From assembly GCA_036964625.1 (NCBI GenBank), contig JBALTG010000001.1:25379-89378 (forward strand): a stretch of DNA of 64,000 bases. The letters run 5' to 3'. This DNA is from Motiliproteus sp. GTDB taxonomy: Bacteria > Pseudomonadota > Gammaproteobacteria > Pseudomonadales > Balneatricaceae. Made by a program: the position numbers and the translations under genes. Of this stretch, positions 42,363 to 51,270 are shown piece after piece (the stretch's first letter is position 1; each line of letters begins with the position of its first letter). Under the pieces are notes generated by a model that saw only the letters and a list, made by a program, of their open reading frames with translations, ran no database searches and was not told where the DNA came from.

Positions 42363-42671
42363 GTGGCACAGTCATCAATACAGCTACAATCGCAACAGCT
42401 CAGGCAGCGATCCGGGATCCTCTGTTTCGTTGCTGCGCTGCTCCTATCCGGTACGCTCTATGCGGCTCCGGTGATGGATCGGGAGCAGGCCGCGCAGCAT
42501 ATCAAACGCCACTACGGCGGCAAAATTCTCGACCTGCGGCCGGTTAAAAGTGGTAAAGGCCGGGCTTATCGGGTCAAACTGTTACAGCCTTCAGGACGGG
42601 TTAAGCTGATGCTGATCGATGCCAAAGATGGCAAACAGCGTCCTTTCGACAAGTCTGCGCCAAAGGAGTGA
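42363..42671 (+). CDS. PepSY domain protein
   Basis: 102 aa. N-terminal anchor followed by a PepSY-like segment (HYGGKILDLRPVKSGKGRAYRVKLLQPSGRV). GTG start. Confidence 0.7.
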   Translation: MAQSSIQLQSQQLRQRSGILCFVAALLLSGTLYAAPVMDREQAAQHIKRHYGGKILDLRPVKSGKGRAYRVKLLQPSGRVKLMLIDAKDGKQRPFDKSAPKE

Positions 42672-42675
42672 GCCG

Positions 42676-43404
42676 ATGCGTATTTTGGTGGTTGAAGATG
42701 AACAGGCGCTGCGCCAGCAGCTGGGAGAGATGCTCAAATCGCGCCGTTATGTCGCTGACCTGGCACCCGATGGTGAAGAGGGGCTGTACCTAGCCCGGGA
42801 GTGGCAGTATGACCTGGCTATTGTCGACCTGGGGCTGCCCGGGCTCAGTGGTCTGGAGCTGATTCGGGAACTGCGCACACTGGGGCAGCGGCTGCCTATC
42901 CTGATCCTGACTGCGCGCAGTGACTGGCAGGACAAGGTCGAAGGCCTCGAAGCCGGTGCCGATGATTACCTGACCAAACCCTTTCATACCGAAGAGCTGT
43001 TGGCGCGGGTCAATGCCCTGCTGCGTCGCTCGGTCGGCCAGGCCAGTCCAACGTTTGTGTTTGGTCCGCTGCAGATCGACACCACCGCTAAATTGGTGCT
43101 GCGTGATGAGCAGCCGGTTGATCTGACCGCGTATGAATACGCCACGCTCGAATACCTGATGCATCAGGCGGGAAAAGTGGTCTCCAAGACCGAGCTGACC
43201 GAACACCTGTACGATCAGGACTTTGATCGGGACAGTAATGTGATTGAGGTGTTTATCACCCGGTTACGTAAAAAGCTTGATCCTGATGGCAGTCTTAAAC
43301 CGATCGCCACTGAACGCGGACGCGGCTACCGTTTCGTGCTGGTGTCTGAGGCGGCCGTCACCCCCGCCATTTCATCCGAGCCGACCGAATCCGGGATCGA
43401 TTGA
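42676..43404 (+). CDS. phoP: OmpR-family response regulator, PhoP-like
   Basis: MRILVVEDE...LTARSDWQDKVEGLEAGADDYLTKPFHTEEL closely parallels E. coli PhoP ([31 protein letters not shown]). ATG at 42676 chosen. Confidence 0.85.
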   Translation: MRILVVEDEQALRQQLGEMLKSRRYVADLAPDGEEGLYLAREWQYDLAIVDLGLPGLSGLELIRELRTLGQRLPILILTARSDWQDKVEGLEAGADDYLTKPFHTEELLARVNALLRRSVGQASPTFVFGPLQIDTTAKLVLRDEQPVDLTAYEYATLEYLMHQAGKVVSKTELTEHLYDQDFDRDSNVIEVFITRLRKKLDPDGSLKPIATERGRGYRFVLVSEAAVTPAISSEPTESGID

Positions 43405-43407
43405 TCT

Positions 43408-44781
43408 GTGCGGTTGCGCCGTCTGAGCTTGAAAATCCCCTATTCACTCAATGCCCGCCTGGGGTTGGCTTCGTGCCTGCTGTTGCCGCTGATTATCGGC
43501 ATCACCGCGTTGATTCTGGATCAGGCCAATCGCCTCAGCCTGGAGCAGACCGAGCGCGAGCGTCTGGAATTGCAGAGTTATGTCCTGCTTGCCGCAGCAG
43601 AAGCGGGTGGCGGGGTGCTGTGGATGCCGCCGAGCCTGCAGGAACCGCGGTTTAGTCAACTCGGTTCGGGGCTGTTTGGGTTGGTCAGTGACGCTCAGGG
43701 CAACACGCTGTGGCGCTCTGAGTCCAGCCTGGGGGTGGCGTTGGCGTTGCCGACCGAGCTGCCCGAGGTCGGCATGTCGCGGTTCGGGGTGACCGGGGAG
43801 GGGCTGTTTTTCTACAGTTACCGGGTACTGTGGGAGATCGAGAGCGGCCAGGTCAGCGATTTTTTGTTTACCACCCTGGAGCGCCCGGACCGCTTCAACA
43901 CCGGCGTGCGCGGTTATCGGACCCATCTGTGGAGTGGCTTGGCGCTGCTGGGGCTGGGGCTGTTAGCGGCGCAGGCGCTGCTGATGCGCTGGGGACTCCG
44001 GCCGCTGCAGTTGCTGGCGGAGGATATCAAAGCGATTGAGACCGGGCAGAAGCAGCAACTCGAAGGCCGCTTTCCGCGTGAAGTGTTGCCGTTGACCCGT
44101 AACCTTAACCTGTTGCTCGACACCGAGCGCGCGCGGCGACAGCGCTACCGCAACACCCTGGCCGATCTGGCGCATAGCCTGAAGACGCCGCTGGCCGTGC
44201 TGCGTAATCAAGCCGAGGCTGGCGCAGGCGCGACTGCAGAGCAGCGGCATGAGGCGCAGCAGCAACTGCAGCAGCAGGTGGATCGGATGGATCAGATCAT
44301 CAGCCATCAACTCGGTCGAGCCGGATCGGTGTCGGCGCACTCGCTGTTACAGCGGGTCTCGGTGCAGCAGGTGGCCGAGCGCATCGGCCAGGTGATGGCC
44401 AAGGTTTACCCGGCGCGTTACCGTAGCTTTGAGGTGGCCGGAGCCGCGCTGAACTTCGCCGGGGATGAGCGTGATCTGATGGAGATGCTGGGCAATCTGA
44501 TCGATAACGGCTTTAAATACGGTAACGGTCGGGTGCGTGTCGAGACCCTGGAGCAATTCTCACAGTTACAGATCCGCGTCGAGGATGATGGCGCGGGTGT
44601 CGCTCCCGCGTTGCGTCAGCGCATTCTCGAGCGTGGCACCCGTGCCGATAGCCAGGCGCCTGGCCAGGGTATCGGGCTGTCGGTGGTGCGCGATATCTTG
44701 CACAGTTACGGTGGCCAGCTGGAGCTGGATCAGAGCCCGCTGGGCGGCGCGCGTTTTACTCTGATGGTTCCCTGTTGCTGA
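43408..44781 (+). CDS. phoQ: sensor histidine kinase, PhoQ-like
   Basis: [37 protein letters not shown] parallels E. coli PhoQ ([37 protein letters not shown]). Two TM segments flank a periplasmic domain. GTG start. Confidence 0.85.
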   Translation: [457 protein letters not shown]

Positions 44782-44830
44782 GACGGGGTCGGCGCATCCC
44801 GTTCCCGACAGGATTGCCGCACTTCCTACC

Positions 44831-45200
44831 TGTGGGTCGGTTTCATTTCGACACATCGGTGCTTCCGATGTCAGGCTGAAGCCCGACCCACAAATGAAGC
44901 AGGCTGGGGGTGTTGGCTTATGTGGGTCGGTTTCATTTCGACACATCGGTGCTGCCGATGTCAGGCTGAAGCCCGACCCACAAATGAAGCAGGCTGGGGT
45001 GTTGAGTTTATGTGGGTCGGAATTCATTCCGACAGAACCGCCAATCGGCTGCCTATGTAGGGATGGAACACCCACAAAAGAAGCAGGAGTGTAGTGGTTT
45101 ATGTGGGTCTGTCTGAGCTTGCTCCTGCATTTAAGGCACTTCCCACATTATCCCTGTGGGTCGGTTTTCAACCCGACAGGGTCTTGATCCTGTCGGAATA
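44831..45200. repeat. REP/BIME-like cluster 1: 90 bp periodic array of long palindromic units
   Basis: TGTGGGTCGG starts at 44831, 44921 and 45011, with degenerate units at 45101 and 45155. Each unit pairs TGTGGGTCGG with CCGACCCACA about 50 nt downstream. Confidence 0.9.
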
Positions 45201-45209
45201 AATTACGGC

Positions 45210-46559
45210 CTATAGTATCTTCTCGAACACTTTTGAGTTGCGCTGGAGGTTATACAGCGCCTGCTTGCTCTCAGGCAGGCGTTCGCGGCCAACCTCGACA
45301 AATCCCTGCTCCTGGAACCAGTGAGCGGTGCGGGTGGTGAGCACGAACAGCCGTGAGAGCCCTTGCTCGCGGGCCTGTTGTTCGATCTGCTGCAGCATGT
45401 GCTCACCCCGATTGCCACCGTGATAATCCTCATGCACCGCGACGCAGGCTAGTTCTGCCGCGCCGTCCCCATAGGCGTAAAGTGCGGCACAACCGATGGC
45501 CGCGCCATCGCGCTCGACCAGCACGAACCGATCGATCTCAGTCTCAAGCAGTTCGCGAGAACGCCGTACCAAGATGCCCGCCTGCTCCAGAGGCCGGATC
45601 AGCTCAAGGATGCTGCCAACGTCATCGATGCCCGCCTGTCTAATCTGCTCGTAGCTCTCTTGCACGATCATCGTACCGGCCCCTTCGCGGGTGAACAGCT
45701 CGGTGAGCAGTGCGCCGTCCTGGCGATAACTGATCAGGTGGCCGCGCTCGACCCCGCCGCGACAGGCGGTGGTTATCGCGGTGAGTTGCCGGGCCAGCGG
45801 GCTATAGGATTGTTGTGCGTCGGTCATTCCATCCAGGTACTGCTGCAGAAAGCGTTCGGCGGCGTTGGTGAGCAGTTCTGAACGGCGTTCGCCGTTAGTG
45901 TGAATGACGCCGTTGTCTTCGCCAAAGCAGATCAGCTTGTCCGCTTTCAGGCTGATGGCCGTCTGTGCCGCCACGTCCTCCAGCGCCAGGTTAAAGGTCT
46001 CCCCGGTGGGGGAGTAGCCCAGATTGGACAGCAGTACGATCGCACCCTGATCCAGCAGCAGACTGATCGCGCTGCCGTCGACTCGGCGCACCTCGCCGGT
46101 ATGCTGGTAGTCCACCCCCTCGACCACCCCCAACGGTTTGGCCGCCACGAAGTTGCCGCTGTAGACCCGCAGCTTGGCGCCATGCATCGGCGAGTTGGGC
46201 AGCCCCATCGACAGGCGTGCTTCGATATCGGTGCGCAGACCGCCGATAACCTCCTTGACGTATTCAAGGGTGATCGCATCGGTGATCCGCAGGTTGCTGT
46301 GCTGGCGCGTACTGATCCCCTCTTTCGCCAGGCGTGCCTCAATCTGGGGGCGTCCGCCGTGCACCAGTACCAGGCGCAGGCCGAGGCTGTTGAGCAACGC
46401 CAGGTCATTGGCGATGTTACTGAAACTGCCGTCAGCCAGGGCGTCCCCATCGAGCATCAGGACCAGGGTTTTACCCCGGTGAGCATTGATATAGGGCGAG
46501 CAATGACGGAAGAAATCAACGTAATTGAGGCTTGCTGCGGGTGTTTTTACTGGGCTCAC
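45210..46559 (-). CDS. argA: amino-acid N-acetyltransferase (N-acetylglutamate synthase)
   Basis: 449 aa. An AAK domain (FRHCSPYINAHRGKTLVLMLDG) plus a C-terminal GNAT domain. Confidence 0.93.
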   Translation of the reverse strand: MSPVKTPAASLNYVDFFRHCSPYINAHRGKTLVLMLDGDALADGSFSNIANDLALLNSLGLRLVLVHGGRPQIEARLAKEGISTRQHSNLRITDAITLEYVKEVIGGLRTDIEARLSMGLPNSPMHGAKLRVYSGNFVAAKPLGVVEGVDYQHTGEVRRVDGSAISLLLDQGAIVLLSNLGYSPTGETFNLALEDVAAQTAISLKADKLICFGEDNGVIHTNGERRSELLTNAAERFLQQYLDGMTDAQQSYSPLARQLTAITTACRGGVERGHLISYRQDGALLTELFTREGAGTMIVQESYEQIRQAGIDDVGSILELIRPLEQAGILVRRSRELLETEIDRFVLVERDGAAIGCAALYAYGDGAAELACVAVHEDYHGGNRGEHMLQQIEQQAREQGLSRLFVLTTRTAHWFQEQGFVEVGRERLPESKQALYNLQRNSKVFEKIL

Positions 46560-46641
46560 GCGGATCGGTTCCTCTGGCGGCTTGGTTGGGTTGTAAAATT
46601 CACTGCAGATTCTGGCTGTTAAAGTTTATTAACAGGGACCC

Positions 46642-47796
46642 TTACAGGCAGCTGTCCCTGATCAGGGTTTCCAGTATTGCTACTGTAGGTTTGATCTGCG
46701 CAAGGGCCAGAAACTCATCGGGCTGATGTGCCTGGTCGATTGATCCGGGCCCCATCACGATCGTATCCATCCCCAGTTGTTGCAAAAAGGGCGCTTCGGT
46801 GCCGAAGGCGACGCTCTGGGCGCGATGGCCGGTCAGTTTTTCGGCCAATTGCACCAGTGCGGAATCCTGCTGGTTCTCGAACGCCGGGATGCCCGGAAAC
46901 AGCGCTTCGGTTTCGATACGCACGCCATAACGTTCAGCCACGGCGCCGAGGCGGCTGTGGATCTGATCCCGCAGCGGCAGCAGCTGCATCCCGGGTAGCG
47001 GGCGGAGATCGAAATCCAGCTCGCAGCTGCCACAGATCCGGTTGGGGTTATCACCGCCGTGAATGCAGCCCAGATTGAGGGTTGGCACGGCGATCTCGAA
47101 GGCGGGGTTCTGGTGGCGCTGTTGCAACTCGGCGCGGAAGCTGAGCAGTTCGGTCATCACCCCTTGCATCGCTTCCAGAGCATTGTTGCCTAAGGACGGA
47201 TCGGACGAGTGGCCGGCGCGACCGGTCAGGCGTACCCGCTCCATCATCATCCCCTTGTGCAGATACACCGGGCGCATGCTAGTTGGCTCACCGATCACCG
47301 CGCGCCGGGCTTGTGGGCGGCCTGACAGGGCCAGCGCTCGGGCACCGCTCATGCTGGTCTCTTCGTCGGCGGTGGCAAGAATAATCAGCGGTTGGCGCAG
47401 TCGCGCGGGTTGCTCGGCAACGCTGCGGGCCGCCTCGATGGCCAAGGCAAAGAAGCCCTTCATATCGCAGCTGCCCAGGCCGTACAGCTTATGATCCTGT
47501 TCGGTGAGTTTGAACGGATCATGAGTCCAGCGGCCCGCATCGTAAGGCACGGTATCGGTATGCCCCGACAGTACCAAGCCGCCCGGGCCGTGGCCTAGGG
47601 TGGCGATCAGATTTGCTTTGCCGGGGTGGCCGTCGATCTCGATCACCTCGGTGGTGAAACCCATGCCGCTGAGCCAGGCTTCGAGTTTGTCGATGACCGC
47701 GCGGTTGCTCTGGTCCCAATGGCTCAGGGTCGAGCTGACCGAGGGAGTCGCGATCAGTTCTTGGAGCATGCTGAGTAACGAGGGCGGCGCGATCAT
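46642..47796 (-). CDS. argE: acetylornithine deacetylase
   Basis: 384 aa M20 peptidase fold (LSGHTDTVP, DMKG). Adjacent to argA. Confidence 0.88.
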   Translation of the reverse strand: MIAPPSLLSMLQELIATPSVSSTLSHWDQSNRAVIDKLEAWLSGMGFTTEVIEIDGHPGKANLIATLGHGPGGLVLSGHTDTVPYDAGRWTHDPFKLTEQDHKLYGLGSCDMKGFFALAIEAARSVAEQPARLRQPLIILATADEETSMSGARALALSGRPQARRAVIGEPTSMRPVYLHKGMMMERVRLTGRAGHSSDPSLGNNALEAMQGVMTELLSFRAELQQRHQNPAFEIAVPTLNLGCIHGGDNPNRICGSCELDFDLRPLPGMQLLPLRDQIHSRLGAVAERYGVRIETEALFPGIPAFENQQDSALVQLAEKLTGHRAQSVAFGTEAPFLQQLGMDTIVMGPGSIDQAHQPDEFLALAQIKPTVAILETLIRDSCL

Positions 47797-47885
47797 GGCG
47801 GTGTGCTCGACAGAGGGTATCGGGCTATTGTGCCGCGATTTGCGTTAAAAAATCCAACCGGGGAGGAAAATAATGGCCAGATAAC

Positions 47886-47925
47886 GAAAAACGGCGGGGA
47901 CTCAGTTGAGTCTCCCGCCGTTTTT
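47886..47925. terminator. bidirectional rho-independent terminator downstream of pit
   Basis: A5-CGGCGGGGACTCA-GT-TGAGTCTCCCGCCG-T5, with one bulge. Confidence 0.8.
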
Positions 47926-47966
47926 ATAGTCTGCAGATCGACTCCATGAAATCGACTCTCTGTTTT

Positions 47967-48028
47967 TACAGGTTGCCGACTACAGGTTTTCGGCTACAGG
48001 TTTTCAACTACAGGTTGCCGACTACAGG
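47967..48028. repeat. 14-nt tandem repeat (TACAGGTTNNCNNC x4.4) whose last unit contains the pit stop codon
   Basis: Units lie at 47967, 47981, 47995 and 48009, with a partial unit at 48023. The pit stop (CTA on the plus strand) is at 48022-48024. Confidence 0.9.
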
Positions 48029-49287
48029 AAGATACCCTTGAGCATAAAGAAGATCATGATCGACAGTCCTGCACCGGCAGGCAGGGTGATGATCCAGGAC
48101 ATGAAGATGGTGCCAACCACCTTCAGGTTCAGCGCCGACAGACCGCGTGCCAGACCGACACCGAGTACCGCACCGACCAGGGTGTGGGTGGTGGAGATCG
48201 GCAATCCGGTACCGGAGGCGATCACCACGGTCGTCGCCGCCGCCAAGGTGGCAGCAAAACCACGGCTGGGGGTCAGTTCGGTGATGTTGTTACCGACAGT
48301 CGCGATCACCTTATGGCCGTACATCACCAGCCCCAGCACGATACCGGCACCGCCGAGCAGCAGGATCCAGGCCGGCATCGCCGATTTCTGCGCCAGTTCG
48401 CCACCGGCACCGACCACGCTGACCACGGCGGCCAGCGGACCGACGGCATTGGCAACATCGTTGGAGCCGTGGGCAAAGGCCATGGCGCAGGCGGTAAACA
48501 TCATCAGGATACCGAACACCCGTTCAACGCTGGTGAAACTGTAATCCTCGTTCTCTTTCTTATCGTACTTAACCCGGCGTTCCATCCAGGTACCCAACAG
48601 TGCCAGCAGAATACCGGCGATAACCGCCATCATGGCACTTTGACCAAAGCTGAGATCAAGACCGACGTGCTTGAGGCCTTTGGTAAAGGTCACCATGGCG
48701 ATGATGAAACCGACCAGGAAGATGTAGAAAGGGATATATTTCTTGGCGTTATCGAACGGGTCGGCGGTATCAAGGATCAACCGCTGCACACTTCTGAACA
48801 GGAAGTACGCCAGAGTGCCAGCCATCACCGGCGACACCACCCAGCTGGCGACGATCTTGCCGACCTTGCCCCAGGCGACCGCGTCGACCGAGATGCCGAC
48901 CGCAGCAAAGCCGACGATGGCGCCGACGATGGAGTGGGTGGTTGAGACCGGCCAGCCGTAGGAGGTGGCGATCAGCAACCAAATACCCGCTGCCAACAGC
49001 GCCGAGATCATGCCAAACACCAGCAGTTCAGGGTTACCTGACAGCATCGTCGGATCAATGATGCCCTTACGGACGGTGGCGGTCACTTCACCACCAGCCA
49101 GGTAGGCGCCGGCAAACTCAAAGATGATGGCGATGATGATCGCCTGCTTGATGGTCAGCGCCCCAGAGCCGACCGATGTTCCCATGGCGTTGGCCACGTC
49201 GTTGGCCCCGACACCCCAGGCCATAAAGAAGCCGACCACACAGGCAAGGATAATGAGTACGTCACCGTACTGGGCAATAATTTCCAT
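48022..49287 (-). CDS. pitA: inorganic phosphate transporter, PiT family
   Basis: 421 aa. GANDVANA motifs occur in both halves (WGVGANDVANAMGT and HGSNDVANAVGP). Confidence 0.93.
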   Translation of the reverse strand: MEIIAQYGDVLIILACVVGFFMAWGVGANDVANAMGTSVGSGALTIKQAIIIAIIFEFAGAYLAGGEVTATVRKGIIDPTMLSGNPELLVFGMISALLAAGIWLLIATSYGWPVSTTHSIVGAIVGFAAVGISVDAVAWGKVGKIVASWVVSPVMAGTLAYFLFRSVQRLILDTADPFDNAKKYIPFYIFLVGFIIAMVTFTKGLKHVGLDLSFGQSAMMAVIAGILLALLGTWMERRVKYDKKENEDYSFTSVERVFGILMMFTACAMAFAHGSNDVANAVGPLAAVVSVVGAGGELAQKSAMPAWILLLGGAGIVLGLVMYGHKVIATVGNNITELTPSRGFAATLAAATTVVIASGTGLPISTTHTLVGAVLGVGLARGLSALNLKVVGTIFMSWIITLPAGAGLSIMIFFMLKGIFL

Positions 49288-49307
49288 GATCTATCCTCGG
49301 AGACTCG

Positions 49308-49988
49308 TTAGCGGGCCAGCAATAACATAAAGCGACTGCCGACTTGTTCGGCACGGTCAGCCAACTCACCGATCCAATCGATGATGTTGTACAAAAACAT
49401 CACTTCAACGGGGGGAAGATCCGTCTCCAATTTAAATAGCATCAGCCGTAGTTGCTTCTCACGCTTATCGGTTTCGCTCTCCAGCTCTTCCAGCCGGTTG
49501 ATCATCTTCTCGACCACGTCGGCTTCGCGACCCCTGAATCCCGTAACAACCAGTTCGTCCAGCTCGTTTAGCGCGTCAACCGCTTGGCGGGTGACACTCA
49601 GCGAGCATTTGAGATAGTCCATCATTGGTTCGGCCATCGATGCGGGGATCTGCATCTGTCGGCCGAGCATGATGCCGGCGATATCCTGGGCTTTATTGGC
49701 GATCCGGTCCTGCATCCGTAAGATGTCTAGCAGCGTGGTCCGTGGGATCGGCATAAACAGGCTCTTGGGCAAATGCTGCCGCAGATACTGCTTGAGCTCA
49801 TCGGCTTCGTGTTCAAGCGCACTGATGCGTTGTTGAACTTTCTCTGCTTCGGTCCAATCCTTGGCTAATACCGCTTCAAAGAAGGGGATCAATTGAATCG
49901 CGCAGTTATGCGCTTTTTCGATATGCTGCTGCAACGGTTTAACCGGAGACTGAGCAAACATATTCATAAAAGAATTGTTTGCGACCAT
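49308..49988 (-). CDS. DUF47/TIGR00153 PhoU-like Pit accessory protein
   Basis: 226 aa helical protein directly upstream of pit. This pairing is conserved. Confidence 0.85.
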   Translation of the reverse strand: MVANNSFMNMFAQSPVKPLQQHIEKAHNCAIQLIPFFEAVLAKDWTEAEKVQQRISALEHEADELKQYLRQHLPKSLFMPIPRTTLLDILRMQDRIANKAQDIAGIMLGRQMQIPASMAEPMMDYLKCSLSVTRQAVDALNELDELVVTGFRGREADVVEKMINRLEELESETDKREKQLRLMLFKLETDLPPVEVMFLYNIIDWIGELADRAEQVGSRFMLLLAR

Positions 49989-50037
49989 TGGCGATCACCT
50001 TCGTTTAGCTACAAAATTTGGCGCAGTATACGATCGG

Positions 50038-50055
50038 CTGTCACAGTTTTGTAGT
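50038..50055 (+). promoter_or_regulatory. weak Pho-box-like site
   Basis: CTGTCAC-AGTT-TTGTAGT against the consensus CTGTCAT-AWAW-CTGTCAY. The first half matches 6/7 and the second 4/7. Confidence 0.25.
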
Positions 50056-50092
50056 TTTTAAATAGAATTAATGTCAGTGAAAATTCATCGAT

Positions 50093-50110
50093 CTGTCATA
50101 AAAGTGTAAT
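50093..50110 (+). promoter_or_regulatory. candidate Pho box (PhoB site)
   Basis: CTGTCAT-AAAA-GTGTAAT against the consensus CTGTCAT-AWAW-CTGTCAY. The first half matches 7/7 and the second 5/7. Confidence 0.4.
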
Positions 50111-50158
50111 AATTTGCCGTAACTCGATGAAATATGATTTATAACGCCACTTGGAGGC

Positions 50159-51148
50159 ATGGATATGGCGCAGGAGATCGAACTTAAGCTCAGCCTACCG
50201 CAGGCGTACCAGAGCCACTTTACCGCACTTGCCCTGTTGCAAGGCTACGCACTTGAGGCGCCACAGCTTCAGGTGCTGCAGAATCGTTACTTTGATACCC
50301 CCGATCAGCAGTTGAACCGGCACGCGGTGGCACTGCGGATTCGGCGTAATGGTGATCGTTATATCCAGACCTTGAAAACCCGGGGGTCCAGTCAGGGGGG
50401 GCTGCACCAGCGCCAGGAGTGGGAGTGGCCGGTGCCGGGCGCCACGCTTGATTTTAGCGTGCTACCGCCGCAGGCGTTTCCTGACGGGGTTGCGTTCGAC
50501 ACCCTGGCAGTGGCTTTCAATACCGACTTTGAGCGTACCTGCTGGATGCTCGACTACCCGTACCAAGGGCAGCAGGCGAGTATTGAGTTGGTGCTCGATA
50601 ACGGCTGGGTGAGCACCCAGGATCAGCGCGATCCGATCAGCGAGATCGAATTGGAGCTGAAATCAGGTCCGACCGAGGCCCTGTTTGAGTTGGCGCTGAC
50701 GCTGGCTGCCGAACTGCCCCTACGGATCAGTCGGATCAGTAAAGCGGAGAAGGGTTTTCGTCTGCTGCAACCCGAGCAGGCGCGGCGGATTCCTGCTGCG
50801 CCTGTGGTTGTGAACAGGGTTGTGAACAGGGTTGAGAACCGGTTTGATCTGCAGGCCGCGCAGCAGTGGCTGGAGCGGATTCAGGCACTGTTGGAAAGCT
50901 ATGCCTTCATTGCTGATGTCGAGCGTTTGAGCCAGGCTCCTGCTGCGTTTGCGGGACTTGGGCAGCAGTTAGCGATAGCTGACGGCGTCGCTGACGATCT
51001 GCTCAACCGCTTAACCAAGCAGCAGCAGGCCCTAAGCCTGTTGCTGGCAGAGGCTGATCCGGAGGTCCTGCTCCAGCAGTGGCTGGATGATCGTTCATTG
51101 GGGCTCTGTCTGCTGCAAACCAGCCAATGGCTGTATCAGCAGAGATAG
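50159..51148 (+). CDS. CYTH-domain protein (YgiF-like inorganic triphosphatase)
   Basis: EIELKLSL is the ExExK CYTH motif. It sits next to glnE, as ygiF does in E. coli. It contains a VVNRVVNRVENR micro-repeat. Confidence 0.8.
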   Translation: MDMAQEIELKLSLPQAYQSHFTALALLQGYALEAPQLQVLQNRYFDTPDQQLNRHAVALRIRRNGDRYIQTLKTRGSSQGGLHQRQEWEWPVPGATLDFSVLPPQAFPDGVAFDTLAVAFNTDFERTCWMLDYPYQGQQASIELVLDNGWVSTQDQRDPISEIELELKSGPTEALFELALTLAAELPLRISRISKAEKGFRLLQPEQARRIPAAPVVVNRVVNRVENRFDLQAAQQWLERIQALLESYAFIADVERLSQAPAAFAGLGQQLAIADGVADDLLNRLTKQQQALSLLLAEADPEVLLQQWLDDRSLGLCLLQTSQWLYQQR

Positions 51149-51270
51149 GAGGCTTAATATTCTGGCCATGTAGAAACGTTCGGGTTGCGGAGCCCGGGCG
51201 TTGGCCTCTACTCTAGAGTCATCAGTCTACATTCATCTTTTTAACCGAAACACGACTCAAGGGGCTTTTG

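Noticed and set aside
43408-43620. RExxE (RERLE) Fe(II)-sensing motif of BqsS-type kinases in the sensor kinase periplasmic domain
   Set aside because: The motif is very short. The kinase and regulator align far better by eye with PhoQ/PhoP in the HAMP-DHp and receiver blocks, so a BqsRS assignment is not supported.
44566-45075. 169-aa minus-strand ORF overlapping the phoQ 3' end and REP cluster 1
   Set aside because: It is an artefact of the 90 bp REP repeats, with repeated peptide blocks, and it overlaps the well-supported phoQ.
46560-46641. ARG box (ArgR operator) between argE and argA
   Set aside because: Only a half-site-like AAAATTCA is present. The partner TGAAT half is missing, giving about 10 of 14 matches to the consensus. 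That is insufficient.
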